The translations under genes were made by a program, and so were the position numbers. 64,000 nt of DNA, from NCBI RefSeq assembly GCF_006345805.1, contig NC_042997.1, positions 190,278,001 to 190,342,000 of the forward strand, written 5' to 3'. Under the pieces are notes generated by a model. It saw only the letters and a program-made list of their open reading frames with translations. It was not told the origin of the DNA and searched no databases. The stretch is from Octopus sinensis. Its lineage: Eukaryota. Below, piece after piece: positions 41,706 to 54,601 of the stretch (position 1 is the first letter of the stretch; every line of letters starts with the position of its first letter).

Positions 41706-42071
41706 ATTATAGAATGGAAACTTTTCATAGATTAAGATTTTAATCCTAATCACTATAGAAATTTATTGTTTCAAGAAAACATTGCATTTTAGATAATCAC
41801 TTGGGTTGTACCTCTGAGCTCGAGTCAGGCGCGTGTGAAAGATATCGAGAGATATTTTTTGACATAGGACACCTTTAAGACGACCGCCAGACGCTGAACG
41901 AAAATAAATGAACTGCGACCAGGCTAAATAAAAGGAGCCCGAGTTAATGGCTGCAATTTCATACTTGAAGTCAATGTTGGCAGAAATTAAATCAGCTTTC
42001 AAATACACATTCACTTTGCTAAATATATACTCGGGCTTAGATCGAACATCCCGTGTATCAGAGTCATCACG

Positions 42072-42125
<54 letters not shown>

Positions 42126-42141
42126 ATATATATATATATAT

Positions 42142-42372
42142 CGTGGCCGTTGCCAGCCTCCTCTGGCCCCTGTGCCGGTGGCACGTAAAATCACCCACTA
42201 CACTCACGGAGTGGTTGGCGTTAAGAAGGGCATGGAGCTGTAGAAACACAGCCAGATCAGTCTGGGGTCTGGTGCAGCCTCCTGGCTTTCCAGACCCCGG
42301 TCAAACCGTCCAACCCATGCTAGCATGGAAAACGGACGTTAAACGATGATGATGATAATGATGATGATGATA
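42142..42372 (+). mobile_element. 3' end of a retroposon with (GAT)n tail (probably RTE-related)
   Basis: GC-rich block ending CCCATGCTAGCATGGAAAACGGACGTTAAAC(GAT)n; terminal hairpin CCATGC-TA-GCATGG. Confidence 0.65.
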
Positions 42373-43319
42373 TATTTACATACACACATACACAAATAAT
42401 AGATATTATCATGCCTTACTTAACATTACATTTCTATTTTCGTTCATTTCTACAACGAACACTTTATAAATTTCTCCAGTTAATTAGTTTGTTGCTGAAT
42501 CTTATTTTATTTAGTTTACTTTCATTTTCCCTTACCAAGTTATCTTTCACTCCCACTGGACTTTCTAAAACTCGCTGATATCCACATTCCTTCCTTCTTT
42601 TGCTCTTTCTTTTTTTTATCTATTTCCCTACCAACATGTGCTTTTGGGAGAATTTTTTCTCTCTCTCCAATACTTTTTCTAAGCCATAATATTTATCTAT
42701 TCGTTTCTTTCAATTTTTTATTGTCTTGTTAAGTTCTTTATGGCTTTTACTTCAAATATCTTGATCTATTTTTCTATTTCGTGTATCTTGCCCTTTTTTT
42801 TTTTCGTTCATTTCTGGCTGACTTTCTAATTTCTTTTCATTTAGTTAAATTCCTACACACTTACTCACCTCAATCCCTCTCTAAATCGCTCCCTCACCAT
42901 ATTTTCACTCATGCATTTTTTCCCCTCTGTATCACCTATGTTTTGTACTACCCTCTTTTATTTTATTATGAATATTTTCATTAATATACTTTTTCAACTG
43001 TTTTGGAAAACACATTTTCTCTCACTCTTCCTGGACACGTCTCTTCGTTTTGATATTTCTTAAACCAAATATTTTCTTCTGACCTATGTCATATCCTCCA
43101 TTGTCACGATTTTAAATTCCTTTCGAAAGCATTTCGCATTACGTTTATTTTTTTCGTCTTTTGTTTACGATTAAAATACTTAAAGTAATCCAAATATCAT
43201 TTCCTCGAATGCTTGACTTTCGATACGTAAGCATGTTTGGAGTATGATAGCGTGTAATATGATAAAAGTGATATATGCATATATATATATATATATATGT
43301 ATGTGTGTATGTGTGCATA

Positions 43320-43370
<51 letters not shown>

Positions 43371-43599
43371 CTGCGCGTGTGTGTGTGTTGTAAAAAGTTT
43401 ACTTCCCAAACACATAGTTCCGGGTTCAGACCCACTATAGCGCCGGGTCAACCAGGTTCGCGTCATGTATATATATATATATATAATATATATATATATA
43501 TACCGATTGTCCTAAACTATACATATATAAATAATCCTCTATTTACCTAATATCGAGTTCTCATTGTTTTATTGTTACTTTTTATTATTACATATATAT

Positions 43600-43785
43600 G
43601 TGTGTGTGTGTGTCTATGTATGTTTGTTCATCCACCATCGCTAGACAACTGATGTTGATGCGTTTACGTCCCCGTAACTTAGCGGTTCGGCAAGGGAAAC
43701 CGCTAGAATAAGTACTAGGTTCACAAAGAATAAGCCCCGGGATTGATATTTCGACTAAAAAACCCTTTAAGGCAGTGCTCAGCAT
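43600..43785 (+). mobile_element. SINE family A, 3' part
   Basis: TTTACGTCCCCGTAACTTAGCGGTTCGGCAA...AGAATAAGTACTAGG. Confidence 0.85.
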
Positions 43786-43892
43786 TTAAAGAATAAACCA
43801 ATAAAGGAATATATATTATATATATTATATATATATATTATATATATAATGAAGTGAAAATAAGCACATATAGGTGTGTGTGTGTGTGTGTT

Positions 43893-44230
43893 GTGAAGGC
43901 GCATGGCTCAGTGGTTGGAGCGTCGAGCTTATGATCATGAGGTTGTGAGTTCGATTCCCGGAGTGGGCTGCATGTTGTGTTCTTGAGCAAGACACTTTAT
44001 TTCACGTTGCTCCAGTTAACGCAGCTGTAGAAATGAGTTGCGACATCACTGGTGCCAAGCTGTATAGGCCTTTGCCTTTCCCTAGGATAACATCGGTGAC
44101 GTGGAGAGGAGGAGGCTGGTATGCATCGGCGACTGCTGGCCTTCCACAAACAACCTTGCCCGGACTTGTGCCTCGGAGGGTAACTTTCTATGTGCAATCC
44201 AACGGTCATTCATGACCAAAGGGGTTCACC
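43893..44230 (+). mobile_element. tRNA-derived SINE family D (CORE-like centre)
   Basis: A-box TGGCTCAGTGG, B-box GAGTTCGATTCC, centre TTGAGCAAGACACTTTATTTCACGTTGCTCCAG. Confidence 0.8.
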
Positions 44231-46788
44231 TCTCTCTACCTATATATATATATATGTATATATGTATGTATATTATATTGCCCTAGCGGTTAGGTTGCTC
44301 GTTTTCATGATAGTATGGGCCTAAAGCCATACTCACTGGAGGTGAAAAGGAGTATATAGCGACTGTTTTTGAATGTGTGAAACGTTTAATATAGCAAATC
44401 TGAGTCAACCTGTTAATATAAATATTTGACCATCGCGAAATATGTTAAGTACAGTTTTCTTACGTTTGTGATCCGAGCTCTGTATGTCTCTGCATGTATA
44501 TGTATGTATTAGACGTACATATATTATATATACACATATAGATATATTGCGCAATTCATATACAACATAGATGTATATTATATATATATATATATACATG
44601 AATACATACATAAATAACACACACACACACATATATGCATATTATGCATTTATGCGTGTTTATGACCATACGTATTTATAAATATATATCATATCTATGT
44701 ATAGATAATTTAAAGCCGGTCTGTGAGACCATACCCTATACGTATTTAGTATGCAGAACGCTCTCCTGAGGTCTTTTTTTTCCCTCAGCCATATCGTCTA
44801 TATAATTTAATGTTTTCACGTATTGCTCGAATGTGTGTACTGCAGTCAAGTTTACTTTCGTCCATTTTTGCTTATCAAGTAAGAGGTAAAAAAAAAAAAA
44901 AACGACATAAAATGATCAAACAGTTCCTATCTTTACCTTTTTTTATTTGTTCTTCCCTTTATATTTCCAAAGTAGTGCTTAGTTGTCAATCAGACTGTCA
45001 CAAGGAATGGTATATTCATGCGATGAACATATGTGCATACATACATATACATTCATAAATATATATATATATATGTACATATATATATATACATATATAT
45101 ATACATATATATATATAAATACACACATATATATATACATATATATATAAATACACACATATATATATATATACATACATATATAAATACACACATACAT
45201 ATATATACATGTATATATAAATACACACATACATATATACGTACACACACACGTAGGTACGTACGTACATGCGTAAACACACACACTCATGTATATTTAT
45301 ATACACACATACATGAATATACATACATATATGTATATATGTATAGACGCAGATATATGTACATGAAATGCAATTTATTTACAAATTTTTCGTGTCTAAT
45401 ATTTATCGTTTATTTGTATTATATATATGTGTGGTGTGTGTGTGTGTGTGTGTATTGTTATTCGTATCAACATACGAAAATATTTATATTTATACGAAGT
45501 TGCATTCACTTCATCGTAAGTAGAGCTACGTCAGCAGATCGAAACTAAGATTACCTGTATAACCAATTGACTTGATCGAAAAAAAAAAGAACAACAATAA
45601 AAAAAAAACAACAAAATTAAAAAGCAAAAAAAAACAAACAAACAAACAAAAAATCTCCCCCCCAAGCAATCCCATAAAAAAATAAAAACCGACGATAAAA
45701 AAAAAACAACCAAAACAAAACAAAAAAAATAATCTAAAAGAATGAAAGCTAATAATACCAATAATAAGTACAGCAACGACGACGGCAACAATAACAATAA
45801 CAATAACAAGAAGAAGAAAAAGTATCAACGCCAAGATAAAGCGAGCTGAACATTTATCTTTAATAACTCGCTATGATTGGTATTGGCGTCTATACACTCA
45901 CCATTGTGTCACACAATATTGTCGAAGTTGCCTTGCACACTCGAATAACTTTGCTCTTATCGATTTCCCTGTGCCTCACTATACTCTTTCATTCACATTC
46001 TCTGTCTCTCTGTATATGTATATATATATATATGTGTGTGTGTGTATGTGTATGTTATATGTGTGTGTGTGTATGTATATATGTGTGTGTGTATTGTATA
46101 TATATGTGTATGTGTGTATGTATATATGATGTGGTTGTGTGTGTATGTATATATATTATATTGTGTGTGTGTATGTATATATATGTGTGTGTGTGTGTAT
46201 GTATATATATATATATGTGTGTGTGTATGTATATATATGTGGTGTGTGTGTATGTATGTTATGTATGTATGCATGTATGTATGTATATGTATGTATGTAT
46301 ATATATATATAATATATATATATATACATATATATATACATATACGTATCATATATATATATATATTATATATATTATATATACATATACGTATCTATAT
46401 ATATATATATATATATATATACGTATATATATACATATACGTATCTATATATATATATAATACGTATATTATACATATCGTATCTATATATATATATACG
46501 TATATATACATATACGTATCTATATATATATATATATAGATATACATATATATACATAACATAATATATATTCATAACCACATCCACACATACACACACA
46601 CAACACACACACACCCACACACACCACACACACACAACTATATCTTAACGCTCCGTCAATGACTCTGTCTCTCTTCTTCAAATTCTGAACTAAAATGAAA
46701 GAAATCCATCGAAATTGTCTGATTCTACCCCGCCACACTCTATTTTTTTCTTTTTGTTCGTCGGCCACACACCACACACACACACACC

Positions 46789-46819
<31 letters not shown>

Positions 46820-47577
46820 TATATATATATATATAATAATATAGATATATATATATATATATATATCATATATACATATTAATATTTTATATTGTATTAT
46901 CTGCCAGTGTTGTGTATTTTTTAAAAATCATTTTACAGATTACTTTCGTTTGGATAGAATGCATACATGACCACCTACCATATTTATATGTATATTTCTT
47001 CAAACAAAAGCAAACAATCTTTTTTTTCCTTTTCATGCAATATTTGGTGTGTGTGTATGTGAGTATGATAGATTGTGCATGCATGCTTATATGAGTGTTT
47101 GTATTTGTATGTGTATGTGTTCGTGGCCTGCATCAGTCTCGCTTTGTCTCTCTTTATTGTGTGTGTATATATTTATGTATGTATGTTGGTATCTATATAC
47201 GTGTGTGTTTGTGTGTATGTATGTATGTATATATGTATGTATGTATGTATGTATGTACGTATATATGTGTGTGTGTGCGTATACATGCTGTATGCATGCC
47301 TGTGTGAGAGTGTGTGCATGAGTGGCTGTGAGCAGTGTGCGTGAGCTTTTTCCTCGAAACCGTTTCCTCCATTTTTTTGTTTTTGCGCTTTCACACATAC
47401 GCACTGAGAAAAACACATGCATAAACACACAAAAAAAACATACGTGTAAACATATACAAATTCATGTTTTCACACGCAAAAACACAAACATCAAGCACGC
47501 TCATTCACGGAATGGCATTGCAAATAAATAAAACGCATTCTTGAATGCTTATATACACGTGCGTGTGTGTATGTATG

Positions 47578-47627
<50 letters not shown>

Positions 47628-48234
47628 CATATATATATATAATATACATACAATATAATATACATACAACGTTGGATTCAATGTTTAGCTGAAGAACACA
47701 ACGTTGTGCCCGGACTGGGAATAGAAACCACAAACTTGCGATCTTCAGTGCAACACTTTAATCGCTTTGCTACACGCCTTCACGTGGATAAATGTAGTTA
47801 GATGTAAATAGAGTTGACAGTTAGCGCATATTAGTTTATACAACAAACATACAAACATATATACATACAAACATACATACATACATACATACATGATATA
47901 TATATAATATAATATATATATATATCTATATATATATATATATATATATTATATTAACCGAGGCTGTGTAGATATAGATATTTATATCTACACAGCCTTG
48001 GTTTATTATCTCATTACGCATAAAATTCTTATATACACAGGCTGACATAGGACCAAAGTTGAACCCCTTATTCGCAAAATCACCGAATCTGGAACTTAAA
48101 TATGGTCTGTCTATAGCACTTATTCAGCATTACCTGACACCTTTGGGTTTCAATAACAACACCATTACTTCTTATAACCTCAATATATATGTGTGTGTGT
48201 GTGTGTGAGTGTGTGTGTGTGAGTGTGTGTGTGT

Positions 48235-48451
48235 AACATCGGTTGACAAGCGATGGGGTTGGGGAGTCAAACTCAAACACACACATATGTATACAACGGG
48301 CTTCTTTCAGGTTCCGTCTACAAAAGCAATTCACAAGGCTTTGGTCGGCTATAGTAGAAGACACTTGCCCAAGGTGCCATGCAGTGAGACTGAACCCGGA
48401 ACTATGTGGTTGGTAAGCAAGCTACTTACTACACAGCCACTTCTGCGCCTA
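48235..48451 (-). mobile_element. SINE family A, 5' two-thirds
   Basis: AGTAGAAGACACTTGCCCAAGGTGCCA...ACACAGCCACTTCTGCGCC. Confidence 0.88.
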
Positions 48452-48768
48452 TTGTAATGGGGGAGAAAAATAAATGGAGACTGTTAAAACAAGAAATGGA
48501 AACAAAACGTGTTTGATTAATGGTTGCACATGTTGATTTCATCGGAAGGAAGGAAGTGTTTGGAGACAAGGGAGATACCCGTAACTTGGCTAAAGTGTGC
48601 GTACGCTATCATGTATGCATATGTGAGGATATTGCGTGCGTGTGTATATGTGTGTATGGGCGAGTGCATATGTTTTTGTGTGTTGGCAAACGTCTGTGTA
48701 TGAAGATTATGTGAGCGTGTGTATCTCTATGTATGGAAGAGTGTGCGTTATATATACGTTATGCATGT

Positions 48769-48810
<42 letters not shown>

Positions 48811-49403
48811 CGTGCGAGTATAGAATTACGTGCGCGCGTGTGTATGTGAACTTAATCGAAAATAAAGACATGGTTGTTCTTTGTAGGAACATATTAGCAA
48901 CCTTCGGTTTGTAATGTTTCGTAGCATTATGATTGATGCTGTCGCCAGTGATGCCGGCTGCTGCACTTTTAGACAAAGAGCAAGTTCTTCAGAACAGAAA
49001 TTCGGGGATAACAAATAAATAAATGAATAGAAAAGAAAAAAACAACAACAGAAAACAAAGCAAAGAAACAGGAGTCCTTCCTTCACGTGTGTACAAAACA
49101 GTTCAATGTCGCTTCGCATACTTTAAGGAGAGCAAACCTGTCACTTTAATTTCAGTTTTGTTTATAGAGAAACGTTTCCACGTGTTTTCTAGCATATATC
49201 CGTTGGAGGACGACAAACAAAAAGATACACATTCAAATGCATACATACATGCATACATATATGTATATATAATATATATGTATGTATGTATGTATGGGTG
49301 TGTGGTGTGTGCTGAGTGTCTACACAAAATGCTCTACAAAATGCACTCATTATTATATATATATATAATATTATATATATATATATATATATATAAAAAT
49401 TTG

Positions 49404-49436
<33 letters not shown>

Positions 49437-49498
49437 TATAAAATATTTTGTATATATAATATATATGTATGTATGTATTATATGTATGTATATACACA

Positions 49499-50699
49499 CA
49501 GGAGTTGGACCAAAATAATGGAGACACCTTAAAAATTTCAAATAAATTAATTTAATATGGGGTAGGACCACCTTTGGCAGGTAAGTAATTACAGTTTGAA
49601 TAAGGAAATTTTTGTCCATTTTCAGCTAAAACAGTCTCCAGTTCTTGTAGAGACGATGGTGGACCATATCGACTCCTTACTTGTTTTTCTAAAATGCACC
49701 ATGGGACTGTGGTGGCCAGATAACCTGTTCAACTTCACTAGAATATTCCTCGTGCCATTCAGTAACAACTTTAGCTGTGTGAATTGGTGCATTATCATCC
49801 TGAAAGATTGCGTTTGCCTCCAGAAACAGTTCCGCAACCATAGCATTTGATCAGATAAAATGCTTAATTAGTCTTGATTATTAATTCTACCATGAAGGGA
49901 AACCATTGGGTCGGCGGATTTTCAAGATATAGCCCCCTAGATCATCACAGATCCTCCTCCATGTTTAACAGTTGGAAGAATGTAGTCTGGGTCTAATGCT
50001 TGTTTTGGCTGTCTCCACAGGTATACACGGCCGATGGTCGGAAATAAGGTGAAGGATGACTCGTCCGAGAAAATAACATTCTTCCACTGTTCTAGGAGCC
50101 AATTCTATAGGTTTTTACTCCACTCTAAACACTTTGAAACATTTGTTTTTGAAAGTCGAGATTGCAGCCTTCCCATGAAATCCGGCTTTGTGCAGCTCCG
50201 GGGAAACAGTTTTTGTGGAGACTGGGTTCTCGAGGTGGTCATTAAGCTCTGCGGTAATTTTGGGAGCTGTACTTTTGTGGTCCTTTCAAACGATTCACGC
50301 AAGAATCCGACTGTCATTATCTGAAGGATTTGGTTTTCTTCCGGAGTATTGTTTCGACAAGGAGGTTTTTTCCTCTTTCACAAAGGTTGTCATTACCTCC
50401 GAGACAATACTTCTTGATACACCAAACATTTCAGCTGTTTTCGTTTCGCTAGCGCCTGCCATACGAGCACCAACAGTTTGATCTCTTTGAAAGTCCGATA
50501 GATTAGTCATTTTAATGAATTTTAATTACCTTTTTCTGATGATATCTGAAAAGAAACAGCAATTTTAGCGAAACATATTAAGCAACACTAATAATAAATA
50601 AAAAAACATAAAAATGAACAAGGTTTTGACGGTTTTATAGATACTTCAAACTTATGATGCTATGATGCTAGGCGTTTCCATTATTTTGTCCAACCCCTG
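49499..50699 (-). mobile_element. Tc1-family DNA transposon, decayed
   Basis: ~30-bp TIRs: CAGGAGTTGGACCAAAATAATGGAGACACCT (49499-49529) and AGGCGTTTCCATTATTTTGTCCAACCCCTG|TA (50670-50699). Confidence 0.92.
49590..50510 (-). pseudogene. Tc1 DDE transposase with stops and frameshifts
   Basis: MTNLSDFQRDQTVGARMAGAS (paired HTH), SGRKP, WKNVIFSDESSF, PTVKHGGGSVMI, QDDNAPIHTAK, WPPQS. Confidence 0.92.
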
Positions 50700-50712
50700 T
50701 ATATATATATAT

Positions 50713-51230
50713 AAGGCTAAAGGAAGCCCTGTCCAGAGAAAGCAGAGGGACCCCAGCAAAAACTGTAAGGGCAGGGAAAGAAACACCTGTAAATTCTACC
50801 TGAGGGGGGACTGCTGGTACGGCGTTGAAGGTGCAAACTGTTGCTTTGCACATCGGAGGCCCTACCAAAACCGCACGCGCGAGACAGAGGTCCCTCCCTC
50901 AGGGAGAACAAAAACAAAAAGTTAAAAGAAGGGAAAAAAGCGCACTGACCACTACTGAAAGACGGTATGCAGATGTGGTGCGCGGAAACCCAACAGGTGG
51001 CCAGCTTCACCCAGATGTGAGAAGGGGGGCAGCTGAACAGCAGTCTTTTTGTGCATGGCACAAAAAATTGTTCAGCAGCTGACCTGGCTACAAGCACAAA
51101 GCTGGAACTACCACCACATAAGGCCACCTCCAACAGATGCAGGATGGCCACCACAGACACCAACACAACACACACACCACAAAATATTTCTACTGGATGT
51201 AGGAGGGCTGCTGCGCGGAACTGTAAAAAG
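50713..51230 (+). pseudogene. LINE ORF1 remnant with CCCH-type zinc finger
   Basis: TCKFYLRGDCWYGVEGANCCFAH, followed by YADVVRG and a Pro/Gln-rich segment. Confidence 0.6.
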
Positions 51231-51239
51231 AAAATTTCA

Positions 51240-54140
51240 TTCCTGAGAGACCTTGTGACATGCAATCAAGCTATATGCATGGCACTCACAGAAACGCATC
51301 TTGAACCCGATATAGGTGATGCAGAAATACACATGCCGCAATATGCAGTCATACGCACAGATAGAAAAGGGAGGAGCCATGGTGGAGTTGCAATGTACAT
51401 CCGAGATGACCTCACGCCCAGGTCCTGCTGTCATATTCAAACTCAGTATGTGAAACTCAAATTGTACACATAAGACAACTGAATATCGTCATATGCACTA
51501 CATATCGCCCACCAGACGCCCCAAACACTCAGGCATGTTTGAAGACTGCCTAAAAAATAGGAGAAGCCCTCACCAACCTTGAACAGCACAACAGTGTATT
51601 CTTCATGGGTGACTTTAACCTCCCCAATGTGGAATGGCCTGGGGGGCAGATGCTCCCAGGGATGACACACCATCAGCAGGCACAGGTGGAGTCCCTGCTC
51701 CATCTCACAAATACCTCTTTCATGGAGCAAATAGTTCTGCAACCAACAAGGGCAGATAATATACTGGATCTCTGCTTTACAAACAATATGGATATTATCC
51801 ATAATGTTAATGTGATGCCGACAATGATCTCGGATCACAACATAATAGAGCTGTCTATGTATGGAACAAAAGCCCCGCAGACACACAGCCTATACGAAGC
51901 ACCCACCATCTCTCCAACTTAAACTTTCATAAAGCCAACTGGAAGTCGATTGAGAAAGAGATCCTCAAACAGGATTGGCCTGAATGTCTCTCCACACCGG
52001 ACATAAACATGAAACACAAACACTTCATGTCCATAATACAAGCCATATGTGACAAATATGTCCCAATGTGCAGGGCCAGCAACACAAGAATAAAAAAAAC
52101 AGGATCCCTAGAGAAAGGAGGATTCTTATGAGACGACGGACAAGGATTGCAAACCGCCTGAGCAAGCACACCAAAGTGGTGAGAAGTCTCGGCTCGAAAG
52201 AATGCTAATGGAAACTGAGAAAAGTCTACATCAGTCCCATGAAAAGGAGAGAGCAGATAAAGAAGCTTGGGTAATAGAAAATATAAAATCAAACCCTAAA
52301 GCTTTCTTTAAGTTTGCCAAAGAGACAGCCACAGTGCACCAGAGAATAGGACCTCTCTTCCAAAAAGATGGCTCTCTCACAGGAAATCCCACGAGGATAA
52401 GTGAAATACTGAACGAACAGTTCCAAAGTGTGTTCACTACACCTCTAGGACACAGGCAAGTAAACAACCAGAAGAATTCTTTGCCACTTTACAGCGGCCA
52501 AAGAGACAAAAATTGAGTACATCAACATCGAAGAAGATGATATCACACTAGCCATTGATGAGATTGACACAAACTCAGCTGCTGGACCTGATGGATTCCC
52601 AGCGATCCTTCTCAAATCGTGCAAACGAGCCCTTGCAAACCGCTACAGCTTCTTTTTCAGAGCTTTCTTGCAAGTGGTAAGCTCCCAGTCAAACTGAAGA
52701 GGGGGTAATATGCCCTATCCATAAGGGAGGTAGCAGAGCAGATGCTAAAAATTATAGGCCTATCTCTCTGACCTCACACATCAGCAAAGTCATGGAACGA
52801 ATAGTCCGTAAGAAACTAATCATGTTCCTTGAAGAAAATGACTTACTGTCTGACACCCAGCATGGATTTCGACCAGGTAGAGGCTGCCTAACACAGCTCC
52901 TGCAACACTATGACTGGGTGTTGAAACAGCTACTAAATGGCTCAAATGTGGATGTAATATATCTTGACTTTGCAAAAGCCTTTGATAAAGTCGACCATGG
53001 TATGATCTGTCACAAACTGCGTGGTCTCGGCATAGGCGGGAAACTTGGAGAGTGGCTGCACAACTTCCTAAAAGACAGAAACCAGGCAGTTGTGAGCAAT
53101 GGAGCCACCTCCAGGGAAACGCAAATAACAAGCGGTGTCCCACAGGGCACTGTCTTGGGGCCACTGATGTTCATAGTGGCCCTTTCAGACATGCCTTCAG
53201 TTGCTACGATGACCACCCTTGCTAGCTATGCAGATGACACAAAGGTCTCCCACGCAATACAGAACCCTGAAAATATTGCGCATCTGCAACATGAGCTGGA
53301 CACAATATACAGGTGGGCTGAGGACAACAACATGCAGTTTAATGCAGGTAAGTTCCAGGCCCTGCGCTACTGGCACACAAAGGTAAATGACGTGAAGACT
53401 GGATACACTGGCCCAGGAAGAATTGCAATCCCTGAGTCAAAATCAGTGCGTGACCTGGGCATTGACATGAGCAATGATGCATCTTTCCAAATGCATATTG
53501 CTAATCTGGTGATAAAATGCAGACGGCTAGCTGGATGGATTCTCCGAACTTTCAGAACAAGAGAGGAGACACTGATGGTCCTATGGAAAACATTTGTCCT
53601 CAGCCGCTTGGACTACTGCTCCCAACTTTGGTCACCACACAATATAAAACAAACAGCAGAACTCGAAGCAACTCAGAGAAGCTACACAAAGAAAATCGTC
53701 TCAATGCAAAATGTCAGCTACTGGGAAAGACTGAAGGTATTAAACCTCTTCTCCCTGGAGCGGAGGCGGGAGAGATATGCAGTAATATACATCTGGAAAA
53801 TCCTGGAGGGTCTAATCCCAAACTTTGGCATTCAAAGTTACTCCAACCGCAGAACGGGGCGCCGCTGCGTGGTGCCAAGGATTCCAACATCACCATCAAA
53901 TACAGGTCCAGATACTGCAACAGCTTGGGTTTCAGAGGACCACAGCTTTTCAACATCCTCCCTAAATGCCTGAGAGACTTACATGGTGTGGATGTGGGTT
54001 TCTTTAAAACTAAACTGGATCTCTTCTTGTTGGGAGTCCCAGATGAACCTACCTCACGACAGGAGACACGGATGCGGGCAGCAGCATCGAACTCCCTTGT
54101 TGATCAAGTGCCACGTATCAGAGGTGGATTCACAAACTAG
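51240..54140 (+). pseudogene. LINE ORF2 (APE endonuclease + reverse transcriptase), frameshifted
   Basis: APE: ALTETHL, RTDRKGRSHGGVAMY, YRPP, MGDFNLP, NILDL, SDHN. RT: GPDG, NYRPISLTS, QHGFR, DVIYLDFAKAFDKV, SGVPQGTVLGP, YADDTK, RDLG, SLERRR. Stop at 54138-54140. Confidence 0.95.
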
Positions 54141-54255
54141 TGTGCTCATTCAGCGGTGGTGCCCCAGCATGGCCGCGGCCTTCGGGCTAAAACATTTTTT
54201 TTTTTTTTTTTTTTTTTTATATATATAGTATATATAATATATATATATATATATA

Positions 54256-54311
54256 TTCAAACTTATGATGCTATGATGCTAGGCGTTTCCATTATTTTGT
54301 TCAACCCCTGT
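54256..54311. repeat. 56-bp duplicate of the Tc1 terminus (50645-50700)
   Basis: TTCAAACTTATGATGCTATGATGCTAGGCGTTTCCATTATTTTGT(C/T)CAACCCCTGT; one mismatch. Confidence 0.95.
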
Positions 54312-54324
54312 GATATATATATAT

Positions 54325-54500
54325 ACAGTGGGATCAGTTAATTATGATTTTATTTAACATATTCCCTTCTCGGCTTCAAACACGTATTGTAGCGGTCCTT
54401 CAATTTTCCCAAGCCCTTTAAAGGAACCCGGAATGTTGGGGTTCCAGTCAGGCTTTTCGCGATACCCTTTAAGTTAAGAACATTTTAGTATCTCCCGAAT
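54325..54500 (-). mobile_element. Old mariner-type MITE fragment (related copy at 59817-60025)
   Basis: GGCTTTTCGCGATACCCTTTAAGTTAAGAAC resembles the reverse complement of GTTCCTAGCTTTAAGAGTTTCGCGAAAGGCC. Confidence 0.5.
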
Positions 54501-54601
54501 ATATATTTTTATATGTATGTGTGTGTACATGTATGTATATGCCTATATATGTATATGCTTATATATATATATATATAATTTGAAACTGACTTATTGGAAG
54601 T

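Larger units (their letters stand above)
50713..54218 (+). mobile_element. CR1-type LINE, probably 5'-truncated within ORF1, frameshifted
   Basis: GC-richer 3.5-kb block: ORF1 remnant, APE, RT, 54-nt 3' UTR, then a T-run at 54195-54218. Confidence 0.92.

Noticed and set aside
45490-45570. Splice-donor-like motifs on both strands next to an A-rich tract
   Set aside because: Ambiguous strand, and no convincing paired acceptor or open frame.
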